A stretch of 64,000 nucleotides of DNA from Rickettsiales bacterium (GTDB lineage Bacteria > Pseudomonadota > Alphaproteobacteria > Rickettsiales > JABCZZ01). Positions 40,987-51,650 of this stretch are shown piece after piece. Positions within the stretch are counted from its first letter, which is position 1; each line of letters begins with the position of its first letter. The stretch lies in contig DASTXE010000001.1 of assembly GCA_035765535.1 (NCBI GenBank), positions 224,322 to 288,321 on the forward strand, written 5' to 3'. The translations under genes and the position numbers were made by a program. The notes under the pieces were generated by a model. The model was not told the DNA's origin. It saw only the letters and a program-made list of their open reading frames with translations, and ran no database searches.

Positions 40987-40998
40987 ATAACTTACTGC

Positions 40999-41343
40999 TT
41001 AGTGCCCTACAGGCGTGTCCTGAAAAATAAAATAGGCCGCTGCAATCATGCAGCAGGATGCATAGAGGAAATTGAGGGTAAGCGCTTTTTCCATATAAAA
41101 ATAGGAAAAACCCGCAAACACACACATAGTGATGATTTCCTGGATGATTTTCAACTGGCCTAAGCTGAACACCCGGTAGCCGATACGGTTAGCCGGGACC
41201 TGCAGTACATATTCAAAGAACGCAATGCCCCAGCTCACTAAGATGGCGAAAATCAGGGGCTTGTGGTTCAGATTTTTTAGATGGCCGTACCAAGCGAATG
41301 TCATGAAGATGTTCGAGCCGATCAGCAGAAGTATGGTTTGCAT
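40999..41343 (-). CDS. DMT superfamily small membrane protein (DUF486-like)
   Basis: 114 aa, four TM segments, N-terminus IGSNIFMTFAWYGHLK. Confidence 0.65.
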   Translation of the reverse strand: MQTILLLIGSNIFMTFAWYGHLKNLNHKPLIFAILVSWGIAFFEYVLQVPANRIGYRVFSLGQLKIIQEIITMCVFAGFSYFYMEKALTLNFLYASCCMIAAAYFIFQDTPVGH

Positions 41344-41369
41344 AATAAACCCTTTCAGAGGGGCAGCCG

Positions 41370-42596
41370 TTAGCTGCGGTAACTTCCGTTAATATCGATA
41401 TAACCATGCGTCAGGTCGCACGTATAAACGCGGGCACGCCCGGTGCCCATGGCAAGCCCGACAACGATTTCGATATACTGGCCCTTCATATGAGCATTGA
41501 CGGGAGTTTCATCGTAGCCCGGCGCGCGTGCACCGTCCTTGGCTACCGTAACTCCACCGATCATCACGCTGATGCGTTCCTGTTCCACTTTTTCGCCGGA
41601 TTTGCCCACCGCCATAACGATGCGGCCCCAGTTGGCGTCTTCCCCGGCGATTGCGGTTTTCACGAGCGGGGAATTGGCAATGGTCATGGCGATGTTATGC
41701 GCGGCCTTGTCGGAATCCGCACCTTCCACGGTAATAGCGATGAGCTTCTGCGCGCCTTCACCGTCTTTTACGATCTGTATGGCCAGATCCGTCAGCACTT
41801 CCGTAAAGGCCGTTTTGAAGCTATCAATTCGCGGGTCCTGCAAAGAAGCGACAGGTTTATGCGCGGCTTTGCCCGTGGCAAAAGCAATAAGTGTATCGTT
41901 CGTGGAAGTATCGCTGTCTACCGTAATTGAATTGAACGAAGCCTGATTAGCCTGCGCCACCAGCTCCTGCAATAGGGAAGCGGGGATGCTGGCGTCCGTA
42001 AATACGAAGCTCAGCAACGTCGCCATATTCGGTGCGATCATGCCGGAACCTTTGGCGATGCCGTTGATGGTGATCTTAACACCGTCAATCTCAGCCGTTG
42101 CCGTAGCGACTTTCATGAATGTGTCGGTCGTCATGATCGCGCGGGCAGCGGTCTCCCATGCACCGGCGGATAAAGCATTCTGGAGCGAGGGAAGTGCGCC
42201 GGTAATTTTATCGTCAGCCAGCGGTTCGCCGATGACACCTGTGGAGGCAATCATAACCTCATGCGGCAGGCAGGAAAGAATGGAAGCAGCGGTGGCGGTG
42301 ACGCGTTCAACGGACTCCATGCCGATTTTGCCGGTGAAGGCGTTTGCATTGCCGGAATTAACGATCAGCGCACGTGCCATACCGGAAGCAAGGGACTGCC
42401 GGCACCATTGAACGGGAGCGGCGGCAGTCAGGGAGGTTGTGAACACTCCGGCGGCTTGCGTGCCTTCGTCGAGCGTTACAAGCAGTACGTCGGGACGGTT
42501 CTTATAACGGATATTGCATTCCGCCGCAGCCAGCCTCACCCCGGAGATAGACGGCAGGCTGGGGTAAGAGGCTGGTGCGAGCGGTGACAGTTTCAT
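41370..42596 (-). CDS. argJ: bifunctional glutamate N-acetyltransferase / amino-acid acetyltransferase
   Basis: Autoprocessing site context ATLLSFVFTDA and the TVDSDTSTNDT motif. Confidence 0.95.
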   Translation of the reverse strand: MKLSPLAPASYPSLPSISGVRLAAAECNIRYKNRPDVLLVTLDEGTQAAGVFTTSLTAAAPVQWCRQSLASGMARALIVNSGNANAFTGKIGMESVERVTATAASILSCLPHEVMIASTGVIGEPLADDKITGALPSLQNALSAGAWETAARAIMTTDTFMKVATATAEIDGVKITINGIAKGSGMIAPNMATLLSFVFTDASIPASLLQELVAQANQASFNSITVDSDTSTNDTLIAFATGKAAHKPVASLQDPRIDSFKTAFTEVLTDLAIQIVKDGEGAQKLIAITVEGADSDKAAHNIAMTIANSPLVKTAIAGEDANWGRIVMAVGKSGEKVEQERISVMIGGVTVAKDGARAPGYDETPVNAHMKGQYIEIVVGLAMGTGRARVYTCDLTHGYIDINGSYRS

Positions 42597-42598
42597 AG

Positions 42599-43501
42599 TT
42601 ACTCAGCAGCAGCCGGCTTGCTGGGAGCTGCTTCAGGAGCCGGAAGCGCTGGAAGTTCACGCGATTTGCCGCTGGCATCATACGCGGTAACTTTTTCGCC
42701 CTTCATCAGGTCGTTGATATAGTCGCCGACGACCTTGTTGCCCAGTTCCTGCGCCAGATGCGATTTCATCTGGTCAAAGCTCGGCGGTGTGGATTGACGG
42801 CGGCCTTCAACCTTTATGATATGCCAGCCGAAATCGCTTTTAATCGGATCGGAAACCTGACCGGGCTTAAGCGAGAAAGCAGCCTGCGAGAATTCCGGCA
42901 CCATTTTGTCTTTGGTGAACCAGCCCAGATCGCCGCCGTTATTAACGCTGGAAGGATCGGTAGAATTCTTCTTCGCCAATTCTTCGAAGTTTGCGCCTTT
43001 CTTCAATTTCTTTTCAAGAGCTTCTGCTTCTTCCTTGGTCTTTACCAGGATATGAAGTGCATGTACTTCTTCTTCCGGTGTCTTCGTGCGTTCAGCATAA
43101 AGCGCCTTAAGCTTGTCGTCGGTAACGAGCTGTTTGGCTTTCTGCTTCAGGAATTCCTGGATAACGATCTGCTTTTCAGCAGCGGCAATGCGTTCTTTCA
43201 CTTCCGGATCATTCTGAACGCCAGCCTTTTCAGCTTCCTTCTCCACAATATGTTCGCTCGCAACGCCGCGAAGCACATTGTCTTTTATTTTCTGTTCGAA
43301 TGTGTCGAAATCGGGCGGGTTGCCACCGGGGAAAATGCTTTTCCACACCGCATCCACTTCCGAGCGTTTAATGTCGTCGCTGCCAACTTTCAGGATCACG
43401 TAATCCTGCTTTGTCTTTTCGGCATGGGTTGTATCCTGTGCATGTGCCGGAAGCGCGAACAGAAGCGCGGCGGCGGAAAGCGTAAGAACGGTATTCTTCA
43501 T
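42599..43501 (-). CDS. parvulin-type peptidyl-prolyl cis-trans isomerase (SurA/PpiC-like)
   Basis: Signal peptide plus parvulin core HILV...GGDLGWF...FGWHIIKV. Confidence 0.8.
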   Translation of the reverse strand: MKNTVLTLSAAALLFALPAHAQDTTHAEKTKQDYVILKVGSDDIKRSEVDAVWKSIFPGGNPPDFDTFEQKIKDNVLRGVASEHIVEKEAEKAGVQNDPEVKERIAAAEKQIVIQEFLKQKAKQLVTDDKLKALYAERTKTPEEEVHALHILVKTKEEAEALEKKLKKGANFEELAKKNSTDPSSVNNGGDLGWFTKDKMVPEFSQAAFSLKPGQVSDPIKSDFGWHIIKVEGRRQSTPPSFDQMKSHLAQELGNKVVGDYINDLMKGEKVTAYDASGKSRELPALPAPEAAPSKPAAAE

Positions 43502-43591
43502 GGAATTCCCTTTTTATATTTAGAAAATCTGCCCGGAGGCGGGGAAGCATTTATGGCATAGTCATAAAGTGATTTCAAGCCCTCAAAGCAA

Positions 43592-44857
43592 TCACTTGAT
43601 AACCTCAAGCCCGCCCATGTATGGACGCAAAGCGTCGGGCACGCGAATGCTGCCGTCTTCCTGCTGGTAGTTCTCCAGAATGGCGACCATCGTCCGGCCG
43701 ATAGCAAGGCCTGAGCCGTTCAGCGTATGGACGAATTGCGTACCTTTGGCATCCTTCACACGAAAACGCGCTTTCATACGCCGCGCCTGGAAATCGCCGC
43801 AATTGGAGATGCTGGAAATCTCACGGTAAGCGTTCTGCCCCGGCAGCCAGACTTCAATGTCATAGGTCTTGCGCGAGCTGAATCCCATATCGCCCGTGCA
43901 AAGCTGCATCACGCGGTAATGCAGGCCGAGGCGCTTCAATACTTCTTCCGCGCCTGCCGTCATGCGCTCATGTTCCGCGTCGGACTGATCCGGATGCGCG
44001 ATGCATACCATTTCTACTTTGGTGAACTGGTGCTGGCGGATCATGCCGCGCGTATCCTTACCCGCAGACCCCGCTTCCGAACGGAAACACGGCGTATAAG
44101 CGGTCAGGCGCATTGGCAACTCGGTTTCAGCCAGGATTTCATCGGCCACGAGATTGGTGAGCGACACTTCGGACGTGGGGATGAGCCAGTGACCCGTGGT
44201 AGTCTTGAACAGATCTTCGGAGAATTTAGGCAACTGCCCGGTACCAAAGACGGCGTTATCCTTCACAAGCATCGGCGGCACGACTTCCGTGAAACCGAAA
44301 TCCTTTGTATGGATATCGAGCATGAAGTTTGCAAGCGCGCGCTCGAGCCGCGCAAGCGGGCCTTTAAGCGCAACGAAGCGTGCGCCGGAGATTTTTGCTG
44401 CGCGTTCAAAATCCATCATGCCGAGTTTTTCACCAAGGTCGAAATGCTCCTTTGGTGTAAAGGAAAATACAGGCTTGCTGCCATGTTCACGGATCTGCAC
44501 GTTATCATGTTCATCCTTGCCGACAGGCACATCTGCGGCAGGTAGATTTGGCAAGGATGCCAGCGCTGCCGTCAGCGCATCTTCTTCATTGACCGACTTC
44601 TCCAAAGAAGCGATGCGTTCATTCACGTTTTTGGACTCAGCCATGATCGTGCTGACATCTTCACCTTTGGCTTTAGCCTGGCCGATCGCTTTGGCAAACT
44701 GGTTACGCTGTGCAAGCAGTTCCTGCAGTTCGGTTTGCTTGGCGCGTTTTTCTTCATCCAGCTTAAGAAAATTGGCAGATTGCGGTGCGAGTCCACGTTT
44801 CTCTAATCCCTTGTCGAACACTTCGGGATTTTCGCGGATGAATTTTATATCGTGCAT
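43592..44857 (-). CDS. serS: serine--tRNA ligase
   Basis: N-terminal coiled-coil arm and class II motifs ([15 protein letters not shown]). Confidence 0.95.
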   Translation of the reverse strand: MHDIKFIRENPEVFDKGLEKRGLAPQSANFLKLDEEKRAKQTELQELLAQRNQFAKAIGQAKAKGEDVSTIMAESKNVNERIASLEKSVNEEDALTAALASLPNLPAADVPVGKDEHDNVQIREHGSKPVFSFTPKEHFDLGEKLGMMDFERAAKISGARFVALKGPLARLERALANFMLDIHTKDFGFTEVVPPMLVKDNAVFGTGQLPKFSEDLFKTTTGHWLIPTSEVSLTNLVADEILAETELPMRLTAYTPCFRSEAGSAGKDTRGMIRQHQFTKVEMVCIAHPDQSDAEHERMTAGAEEVLKRLGLHYRVMQLCTGDMGFSSRKTYDIEVWLPGQNAYREISSISNCGDFQARRMKARFRVKDAKGTQFVHTLNGSGLAIGRTMVAILENYQQEDGSIRVPDALRPYMGGLEVIK

Positions 44858-44858
44858 A

Positions 44859-45626
44859 TTACTGTTCCGGTTGCGGTTTGTTAGCTTCGATTCTTCTACA
44901 GCATAGAATGCTGATTTCGTAAAGCAGATAGAGAGGGATGGAAAGGCCGATCTGGCTTAATACGTCGGGCGGTGTCAGGAAAGCCGCCACGATGACGATG
45001 GCCAGTATCGCATAACGCCTGCCTTTGGCGAGAACGCGGGAATTTGTAAGACCGACACGTGCCATCAGCGTCAAAATAACGGGTAACTGGAATGCCAGTC
45101 CGAACGCGATCAGCACATGCATCACAAGCGATAGATATTCGCTTACACGTGCTTCCAGCTGGATGCGCACGCCACTGCTTTCCGTGGTTTCAAAACTCAG
45201 GAAAAATTTCCATGCCATCGGGAAGATATAGTAATAGGCGAGTGCTGCGCCTGCAAAAAACAGCAGTGGCGAGACAACCAGATACGGCATCACGACCTTG
45301 CGTTCGGTCTTATACATTCCCGGGGCGAGGAACATATAGAACTGATAAGCAATCACCGGAAACGCAAGGAAAAGTCCTGTAAAAAGTGAAAGATGCACAT
45401 ACGTCATGAAGGCTTCGGTAAGCCCGGTGTAAATCAGCCGCCGCGATTCCGGATCGGGATAAGCGCTGGCCAGCGGCTGTACAAGAAAGGAATAGATCCG
45501 TTCGGAAAAATAATAGCTGATGGAAAAGCCCGCAAGCAGCGCCCAGCAGCATTTAACCAGCCTTGAGCGAAACTCGACAAGGTGGTCCATCAACGGGGCG
45601 CGGCTATGTTCTATTTCCTCATCCAT
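44859..45626 (-). CDS. tatC: twin-arginine translocase subunit TatC
   Basis: N-terminus [13 protein letters not shown] and six TM segments. Confidence 0.9.
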   Translation of the reverse strand: MDEEIEHSRAPLMDHLVEFRSRLVKCCWALLAGFSISYYFSERIYSFLVQPLASAYPDPESRRLIYTGLTEAFMTYVHLSLFTGLFLAFPVIAYQFYMFLAPGMYKTERKVVMPYLVVSPLLFFAGAALAYYYIFPMAWKFFLSFETTESSGVRIQLEARVSEYLSLVMHVLIAFGLAFQLPVILTLMARVGLTNSRVLAKGRRYAILAIVIVAAFLTPPDVLSQIGLSIPLYLLYEISILCCRRIEANKPQPEQ

Positions 45627-45630
45627 TGGC

Positions 45631-46155
45631 TCACTTCGGTGCGATCATCATGACCAGTTGACGGCCTTCCATGCGCGGTGACATCTCGATCTTTACCGTA
45701 TCCGCTAAATCCGCCTGGATCTGCTCGAGCAGCTTACGGCCGATTTCCTGGTGGGCGATTTCGCGGCCACGGAATTTCAGCGAGAACTTCACCTTGTCGC
45801 CTTCTTCAATGAACTTGTGAACAGCGCGCATTTTGACATCAAGATCGTGCTTGTCGATGGTCGGACGCAGCTTGATTTCCTTAATGACAATGACTTTCTG
45901 CTTCTTGCGCTGGTCAGCAGCCTTCTTCTGGGCTTCGTACTTATATTTGCCGTAATCCATGATCTTGCACACGGGCGGTTCGGCATTTGGCGAAATCTCG
46001 ACAAGGTCAAGCCCGGCATCTTCGGCGGCGCGAATACCTTCCCTGGCCGACACAACACCAACCATATTTCCCCTGGCATCAATCAACCTGATGGAGGCAG
46101 TCCTGATTTCGTGATTGATACGCGGTTCGTCGTTATTGGGTTTTTGTGTCGTCAT
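45631..46155 (-). CDS. infC: translation initiation factor IF-3
   Basis: [15 protein letters not shown]... N-domain and a C-domain with [13 protein letters not shown]. Confidence 0.9.
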   Translation of the reverse strand: MTTQKPNNDEPRINHEIRTASIRLIDARGNMVGVVSAREGIRAAEDAGLDLVEISPNAEPPVCKIMDYGKYKYEAQKKAADQRKKQKVIVIKEIKLRPTIDKHDLDVKMRAVHKFIEEGDKVKFSLKFRGREIAHQEIGRKLLEQIQADLADTVKIEMSPRMEGRQLVMMIAPK

Positions 46156-46243
46156 AGTATTCCTTTGATTGGTTGATAAGAATAGGTAAAGCCCACCGGG
46201 TTAAGGGCGGGCGATGAGATACCCAGGCATATATGCCGGGAAA

Positions 46244-48154
46244 TCATAGCGGTGATCTGGCTTCAAGGCTCAGCGATTCAGCCGCTTGTTCGAGCGACAT
46301 CACTTCCTGCTTGTCCGAGCCGATGCGGCGGATGGAAACGGTCTTTTCCGCCTTCTCGCGTGCGCCCAGCGCAAGGATCACGGGGATCTTCGCATTGGAA
46401 TGCTCGCGGATCTTATAATTGATCTTGTTATTACTAATATCGAGCTGAACGCGCAAGCCCGCTTTTTCAAGCGCGGCTTTCACTTCCTGCGCATAATCGT
46501 CCGCTTCGTTCGTGATAGTGGTCACAACGGCCTGCACAGGAGCGAGCCACAGCGGGAATTTACCGGCATATTCTTCGATCAAAATGCCGATGAAACGCTC
46601 CAGCGAGCCGAGGATCGCGCGGTGCAGCATAACCGGACGGTGCTTGGCACCATCAGCGCCGACATATTCCGCATCAAGGCGTTCTGGCAATACGAAGTCC
46701 ACCTGCAGCGTGCCGCACTGCCAGTCACGGCCGATGGCATCACGCAGCACGAATTCCAGTTTCGGCCCATAGAAGGCGCCTTCGCCTGGATTGATTGTAT
46801 AGGGCAGGCCTGCCGCTTCCACGGCGGACTTTAAAGCGCTCTCGGCCTTATCCCATGTTTCATCCGTACCAGCGCGTTTGGCGGGACGGTCGGAGAACTT
46901 TACACTGATGCTGGTAAACCCGAAATCCTTGTAAACCTGCTTTAGAAGCTCGCAGAACGCCACTGTCTCAGAGGTGATCTGGTCTTCCGTGCAGAAAATA
47001 TGAGCGTCGTCCTGCACGAAGCCCCGCACGCGCATGATACCGTGCAGCGCGCCGGAAGGCTCGTTACGGTGGCAGGTGCCGAATTCGGCCATACGCAGCG
47101 GCAGGTCGCGGTAACTCTTGATGCCCTGACGGAAAATCTGCACGTGGCAGGGGCAGTTCATGGGTTTCAGCGCGAGAATGCGTTCTTCGGATTCTGCCGT
47201 GAACATGTTTTCGCCGAACTTTTCCCAATGGCCGGAAGCTTCCCACAGGCTGCGATCCACAAGAATAGGGGTCTTGACCTCAATATAGCCTTTGCCGCGG
47301 ATCTTCGTACGGATGTAATTCTCAATCGTGCGGTAAAGCGTCCAGCCCTTATCGTGCCAAAAGACCTGGCCGGTCGCTTCTTCCTGGATATGGAAAAGCC
47401 CAAGCTCACGACCAAGCCTGCGGTGATCGCGCTTTTCGGCTTCTTCCAGCATATGAAGATATGCCTTGAGCTGTTTTTCGTCCGCCCATGCCGTGCCGTA
47501 AATACGCTGGAGCATGGCGTTATTGCTGTCGCCGCGCCAGTAGGCACCGGCAACTTTCATCAGCTTAAATGCTTTTACATGCGCTGTGCTCGGGGCGTGG
47601 GGGCCGCGGCACAGATCCATAAATTCGCCCTGGCGGTACAGGCTGATGGTCTGGTCGGCCGGGATGCTGGAGATAATTTCAGCTTTATAGTCTTCGCCGA
47701 TCTTTTTGAAGAATGCCACTGCGTCGTCGCGCTTCCATTCCTCGCGGCGTACGGGCTCGGCGCGCTGGCTGATTTCCTGCATACGCTTTTCGATTACTTC
47801 CAGATCTTCGCTGGAAAAAGGTTTATCGCGCGCAAAGTCATAATAGAAACCGTTTTCGATCGCCGGACCGATGGTCACCTGCGTATCGGGGAAAAGCTCT
47901 TTCACCGCTTCCGCCATCAGATGCGCAGCGTCATGACGGATAATCTCCAAACCTTCTTCCGATTGCGGCGTGATGATTTCAATTTTGGCGTCATGCCCGA
48001 TAGGGAGATAAAGATCGCGCAATTCACCATCAACTTTGACGGCAAGCGCAGCCTTCGCCAGGCTTTTGCTGATCGATGCGGCTATCTGTTCACCGGTTGC
48101 AGAGGATTCATACTCACGGATGTTGTTATCGGGAAAAGTAATCTTGATGGCCAT
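46244..48154 (-). CDS. thrS: threonine--tRNA ligase
   Basis: 636 aa with TGS, editing, class II core and anticodon-binding domains conserved. Confidence 0.95.
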   Translation of the reverse strand: MAIKITFPDNNIREYESSATGEQIAASISKSLAKAALAVKVDGELRDLYLPIGHDAKIEIITPQSEEGLEIIRHDAAHLMAEAVKELFPDTQVTIGPAIENGFYYDFARDKPFSSEDLEVIEKRMQEISQRAEPVRREEWKRDDAVAFFKKIGEDYKAEIISSIPADQTISLYRQGEFMDLCRGPHAPSTAHVKAFKLMKVAGAYWRGDSNNAMLQRIYGTAWADEKQLKAYLHMLEEAEKRDHRRLGRELGLFHIQEEATGQVFWHDKGWTLYRTIENYIRTKIRGKGYIEVKTPILVDRSLWEASGHWEKFGENMFTAESEERILALKPMNCPCHVQIFRQGIKSYRDLPLRMAEFGTCHRNEPSGALHGIMRVRGFVQDDAHIFCTEDQITSETVAFCELLKQVYKDFGFTSISVKFSDRPAKRAGTDETWDKAESALKSAVEAAGLPYTINPGEGAFYGPKLEFVLRDAIGRDWQCGTLQVDFVLPERLDAEYVGADGAKHRPVMLHRAILGSLERFIGILIEEYAGKFPLWLAPVQAVVTTITNEADDYAQEVKAALEKAGLRVQLDISNNKINYKIREHSNAKIPVILALGAREKAEKTVSIRRIGSDKQEVMSLEQAAESLSLEARSPL

Positions 48155-48210
48155 GCGTGTAGCGCTTTAATCCTCTAAATTATTGGGGAATATATTTTAT
48201 ATGGAATGCT

Positions 48211-48966
48211 CTAACTGTCAATGCGAAAAAAGCCGTTTTCCAGCCAGGGATGGAACCAGCTTTGCAGGCCGGCCAGTATATCGGCCTCATAAGCGGGGTG
48301 CTTGCCGATAGCCTGCACAAGAGCGTCTTCAACGGGATGCCCCAGGGCAAGCTCCGAAAGCAGCGCGTAACCGGCAGCGCTTAGTTCATGCCTGTGCACA
48401 TTATTCTTGTGGCGCACTATGCAGACATAACTGGCTTGCGGCGCGGGCGAGGGAGGGGCATTATTTTCGGCGCGCATCGTATCCAGCCACCCGTTGACAG
48501 GGTAATCAAAATGCAAAAGGCGGAATGCTTTGCGTGGCAGCAGCCGCAGGGCGGCAAGCGATTCGGGGGCGAGTGTTTGTAGTATTTCCGGACTGAGTGG
48601 CGCACTGTCTTCAGCCATGAAAACGGTGGCTATGGCATGTTCCAGCAGGGCGACTTCAACTGCAAAACGGTTTTGCAGCTTCTCACACAGAAAAGTGCAG
48701 AATCCATGCGGATAGCGGTCCAGATTGTAGTCTTGCGAAGGACACTGGGCGATAAATTCAAGCGCCAGGCGATCAAACTCTTTCTCCCCCAGCAATGCAG
48801 CCAACGAAGGATAGTCATCTTCCAGTGCCTGTGAAAGGCGGATGCGGTAGCCTTCGGCATAAACATCGAAATGGCCGCCTGGCTTAATGTCGGATGTGAC
48901 CGCATCCGCATTATTGCTGACAATAGCGGTCTGAAAATGCTTTAATATGCGAAGGGGAAGCGTCAT
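48211..48966 (-). CDS. DUF2063 domain protein (BufC/HvfC-like MNIO partner)
   Basis: N-terminal pattern Y..GYRIRL..AL..DYP....LLG...F..LA..F and an ATGA overlap with the upstream DUF692 gene. Confidence 0.7.
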   Translation of the reverse strand: MTLPLRILKHFQTAIVSNNADAVTSDIKPGGHFDVYAEGYRIRLSQALEDDYPSLAALLGEKEFDRLALEFIAQCPSQDYNLDRYPHGFCTFLCEKLQNRFAVEVALLEHAIATVFMAEDSAPLSPEILQTLAPESLAALRLLPRKAFRLLHFDYPVNGWLDTMRAENNAPPSPAPQASYVCIVRHKNNVHRHELSAAGYALLSELALGHPVEDALVQAIGKHPAYEADILAGLQSWFHPWLENGFFRIDS

Positions 48967-49832
48967 GCGGCGATGCTCTGTGGATCAGCGGCGATTTGAC
49001 GGGCTTTGTCGAGTTCTGCCAGCAGCACGGGAAAATCCGGGATATTTCCATCCCATTCAACCATAGTAGAGATCAACCCACTGCGCTTCAGAACATAACA
49101 ATATAATTCCCAGACTTCGCGGATAACATGATTATCATGCGTATCCACAATGTGAGTGCCGAGATTACGGTGCCCCGCAAGATGGATCTGGACAATGCGT
49201 TCCGCAGGAATCGCATCGATATAGCGGCGCGCGTCATAGCCGTGATTGAACGCGTTCACATACACATTGTTGACATCCAGCAGCAAGCCGCAATCGGCTT
49301 CCTCCGCCATGCGGGCGATAAATTCCCATTCCGGTATGGAGGAGGCATTGAATTCAACATAGGTTGATGGATTTTCCAGCAGAATACGCCTGCCCAGTAT
49401 ATCCTGCACCTGGCGGATGCGAGTCACGATATGCTGCAGCATCGCCTCAGTATAAGGGACGGGAAGCAGGTCATGCGTGTTTATACCGTTTGTGCCAGTC
49501 CAGCACAGATGGTCTGAAATCCATGGTGGTTGGAGAAAATCCGCCAGCAACCTGAGCTTGTCCAGATAATCGGCATTCAGCTGATCTGGCGAGCCGATGG
49601 AAAGCGAAACCCCATGCATGACGATAGGGTAATCCTGCCGCAGGTCGGCCAGAAAGTCCCAGTAGCCGCGATGCGATTCGAGGAAGTTTTCCGAGATGAT
49701 TTCGAACCAGTCAACGCTTTTGGGACGGGTTTCGAGAATCGTATCATAATGCGGCGTCCGCAGCCCGAGGCCGAAACCAAGAGCGGGATATCCAAAAATA
49801 TTTTTTGCTGCATTTTCTGTTTGTGTTTGCAT
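48963..49832 (-). CDS. DUF692 / MNIO family enzyme (BufB/HvfB/MbnB-like)
   Basis: Motifs [57 protein letters not shown] and EWD. Confidence 0.85.
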   Translation of the reverse strand: MQTQTENAAKNIFGYPALGFGLGLRTPHYDTILETRPKSVDWFEIISENFLESHRGYWDFLADLRQDYPIVMHGVSLSIGSPDQLNADYLDKLRLLADFLQPPWISDHLCWTGTNGINTHDLLPVPYTEAMLQHIVTRIRQVQDILGRRILLENPSTYVEFNASSIPEWEFIARMAEEADCGLLLDVNNVYVNAFNHGYDARRYIDAIPAERIVQIHLAGHRNLGTHIVDTHDNHVIREVWELYCYVLKRSGLISTMVEWDGNIPDFPVLLAELDKARQIAADPQSIAA

Positions 49833-49928
49833 GGATTTAGCTTTAACAGAGTGGGAGATTGCTGTCTAATATTTACGGCATCGTTTCACTTCATCAATGG
49901 AAGGCAGAAAGGTCTGTTGACGGAAGCC

Positions 49929-51650
49929 ATGTGCAGGAAGATTTTTGAGCGGTCATGGGCCAATTGGGTAGCGATTGCACTGCTGGCGGCGGTGCTGTTC
50001 GGCATTGGGCTTGGCGGCAGGCCATATTCCGCGCCAAGCGAATCGCGTTACATTGAGATTGGCCGCGAAATGGCCGAATCTGGTGATTATGTGACGCCAC
50101 GCCTGGATTACGTAAAGTATTTTGAAAAACCCGCCCTATTTTACTGGGTGCAGGCGGCATCGAGCAAATATCTTGGAATAGACCCGTTTTCGGCCCGCGT
50201 TCCGACCGCTTTTTTTGCGGTATTGCTGTGTGTGCTAACGTATTTACTGGGCGAAATGCTGTATGACCGGCTGACGGGCTGGCTCAGCGCATCTATTCTT
50301 GCTACAACGCTGTATGTATTTGCGCTCTCGCGCATAGTGCTGGTGGATATGCCGGTAAGCGTTTTTCTGGTGGCGACGCTTTCAGCGTTTCTGTATGCGG
50401 CAACCCGGCCTGCTGGCAGTAAGCGCACGGTGGTTATATACGCAATGTATGCGGCGGCAGCCGGTGCAGTGCTGAGCAAGGGGCTTATCGGCATGGTGCT
50501 GCCCGGTGCTATCGTGCTGGTTTGGCTGGCGATGACGAAGAAGTGGAAATTGCTGGCAGAAATGCGTATTCCGACAGGCCTTGTGCTGTTCCTGTTGATT
50601 GCCGTGCCGTGGCATGTGCTGGTCGTGCAACGTAACGCGGATTTCCTGCAATTCTATTTCGTCCGCGAGCATTTTCAGCGTTATTTGACCAAAATCGAAG
50701 GGCGTTACCAGCCGCCTTGGTTTTTTGTCACCGTGCTGGTGGCGGGTTTATTCCCGTGGGTAAGCTTTGCATGGCAGGGAGCGAGCAGCGGTCTCAAAGG
50801 TTTCTGGGAAGCGCGTAAAACGGATGGCGTCCAGCTTTTTCTGGTCATCTGGATGGTATTTATTTTTGTATTTTTCTCACTGTCGGATTCCAAGCTGATT
50901 CCCTATATCCTGCCTATCTGGCCGCCGCTGACGGTGTTGATAGGCCGTTATTTTGCCGGGATCTGGCGCGAGCAGGAAGTGAAAGGCTTCGGTATCGGGT
51001 TTGCGGTGTTGCTGCTGTTACTGGCTGCCACAGCTATTATGCCTTCCGTATTTGCCGGTACGATGGATCGTAGCAGCAAGGTCATGGTGGCGATAGAGCA
51101 AGGTGGGGACGACGTCCGCAACTTCTCGCTTGTCGCGATGTTTCTGGCGGCTTCACTGCTAGTGACTTACATTCAGGGCAAGCGCCATCATCTTGTGATT
51201 GCTATGATTGTGGCGGCGGGGGTACTGGTGCAGATGGGCGATATGGTAGCCTCGCACTATAATAAGGACTCCATGGAGAAAATTGCCGGCGCGATCAAGC
51301 AGCTCGATAAACCCGGTGATGAGGTGGTGCTGTTTGATGAATATTATCAGGATCTGCCGATCTATCTGGCGCGCAAGGTCTCCGTGGTCTCGTGGCAGGG
51401 AACAGAACTGACTTTCGGCGCCACGCATGGCGATACTGCCGGCTGGATGATCAATGATGAGGAATTCTGGAAACGCTGGCTGAAAGACGATCACCTGATG
51501 TTTGTTGTTATGCGTGAGGAATCGTACAAACGCGTGACCAAGGATAAAAGCCCGCAGGAGCTGCACCTGTATGGTGTAACGCAGAGCGGCCGTAATATTC
51601 TTTTCATGAACCAGTTATCGAACAATACTGTAGGAATGGTTAAAAAATGA
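49929..51650 (+). CDS. arnT: GT39/GT83-type lipid-A aminoarabinose-transferase-like glycosyltransferase (ArnT-like)
   Basis: Polytopic membrane protein with the N-terminal loop motif SPSESRYIEIGREM...YFEKPALFYW. Start set at ATG 49929; the upstream part of the tracked ORF is antisense to the DUF692 gene. Confidence 0.7.
   Translation: MCRKIFERSWANWVAIALLAAVLFGIGLGGRPYSAPSESRYIEIGREMAESGDYVTPRLDYVKYFEKPALFYWVQAASSKYLGIDPFSARVPTAFFAVLLCVLTYLLGEMLYDRLTGWLSASILATTLYVFALSRIVLVDMPVSVFLVATLSAFLYAATRPAGSKRTVVIYAMYAAAAGAVLSKGLIGMVLPGAIVLVWLAMTKKWKLLAEMRIPTGLVLFLLIAVPWHVLVVQRNADFLQFYFVREHFQRYLTKIEGRYQPPWFFVTVLVAGLFPWVSFAWQGASSGLKGFWEARKTDGVQLFLVIWMVFIFVFFSLSDSKLIPYILPIWPPLTVLIGRYFAGIWREQEVKGFGIGFAVLLLLLAATAIMPSVFAGTMDRSSKVMVAIEQGGDDVRNFSLVAMFLAASLLVTYIQGKRHHLVIAMIVAAGVLVQMGDMVASHYNKDSMEKIAGAIKQLDKPGDEVVLFDEYYQDLPIYLARKVSVVSWQGTELTFGATHGDTAGWMINDEEFWKRWLKDDHLMFVVMREESYKRVTKDKSPQELHLYGVTQSGRNILFMNQLSNNTVGMVKK

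Noticed and set aside
49530-49928. The 5' extension of the arnT ORF, which gives 706 aa in the track.
   Set aside because: The extension is antisense to the DUF692 gene and is not hydrophobic or ArnT-like. The ATG at 49929 gives a normal ArnT N-terminus.
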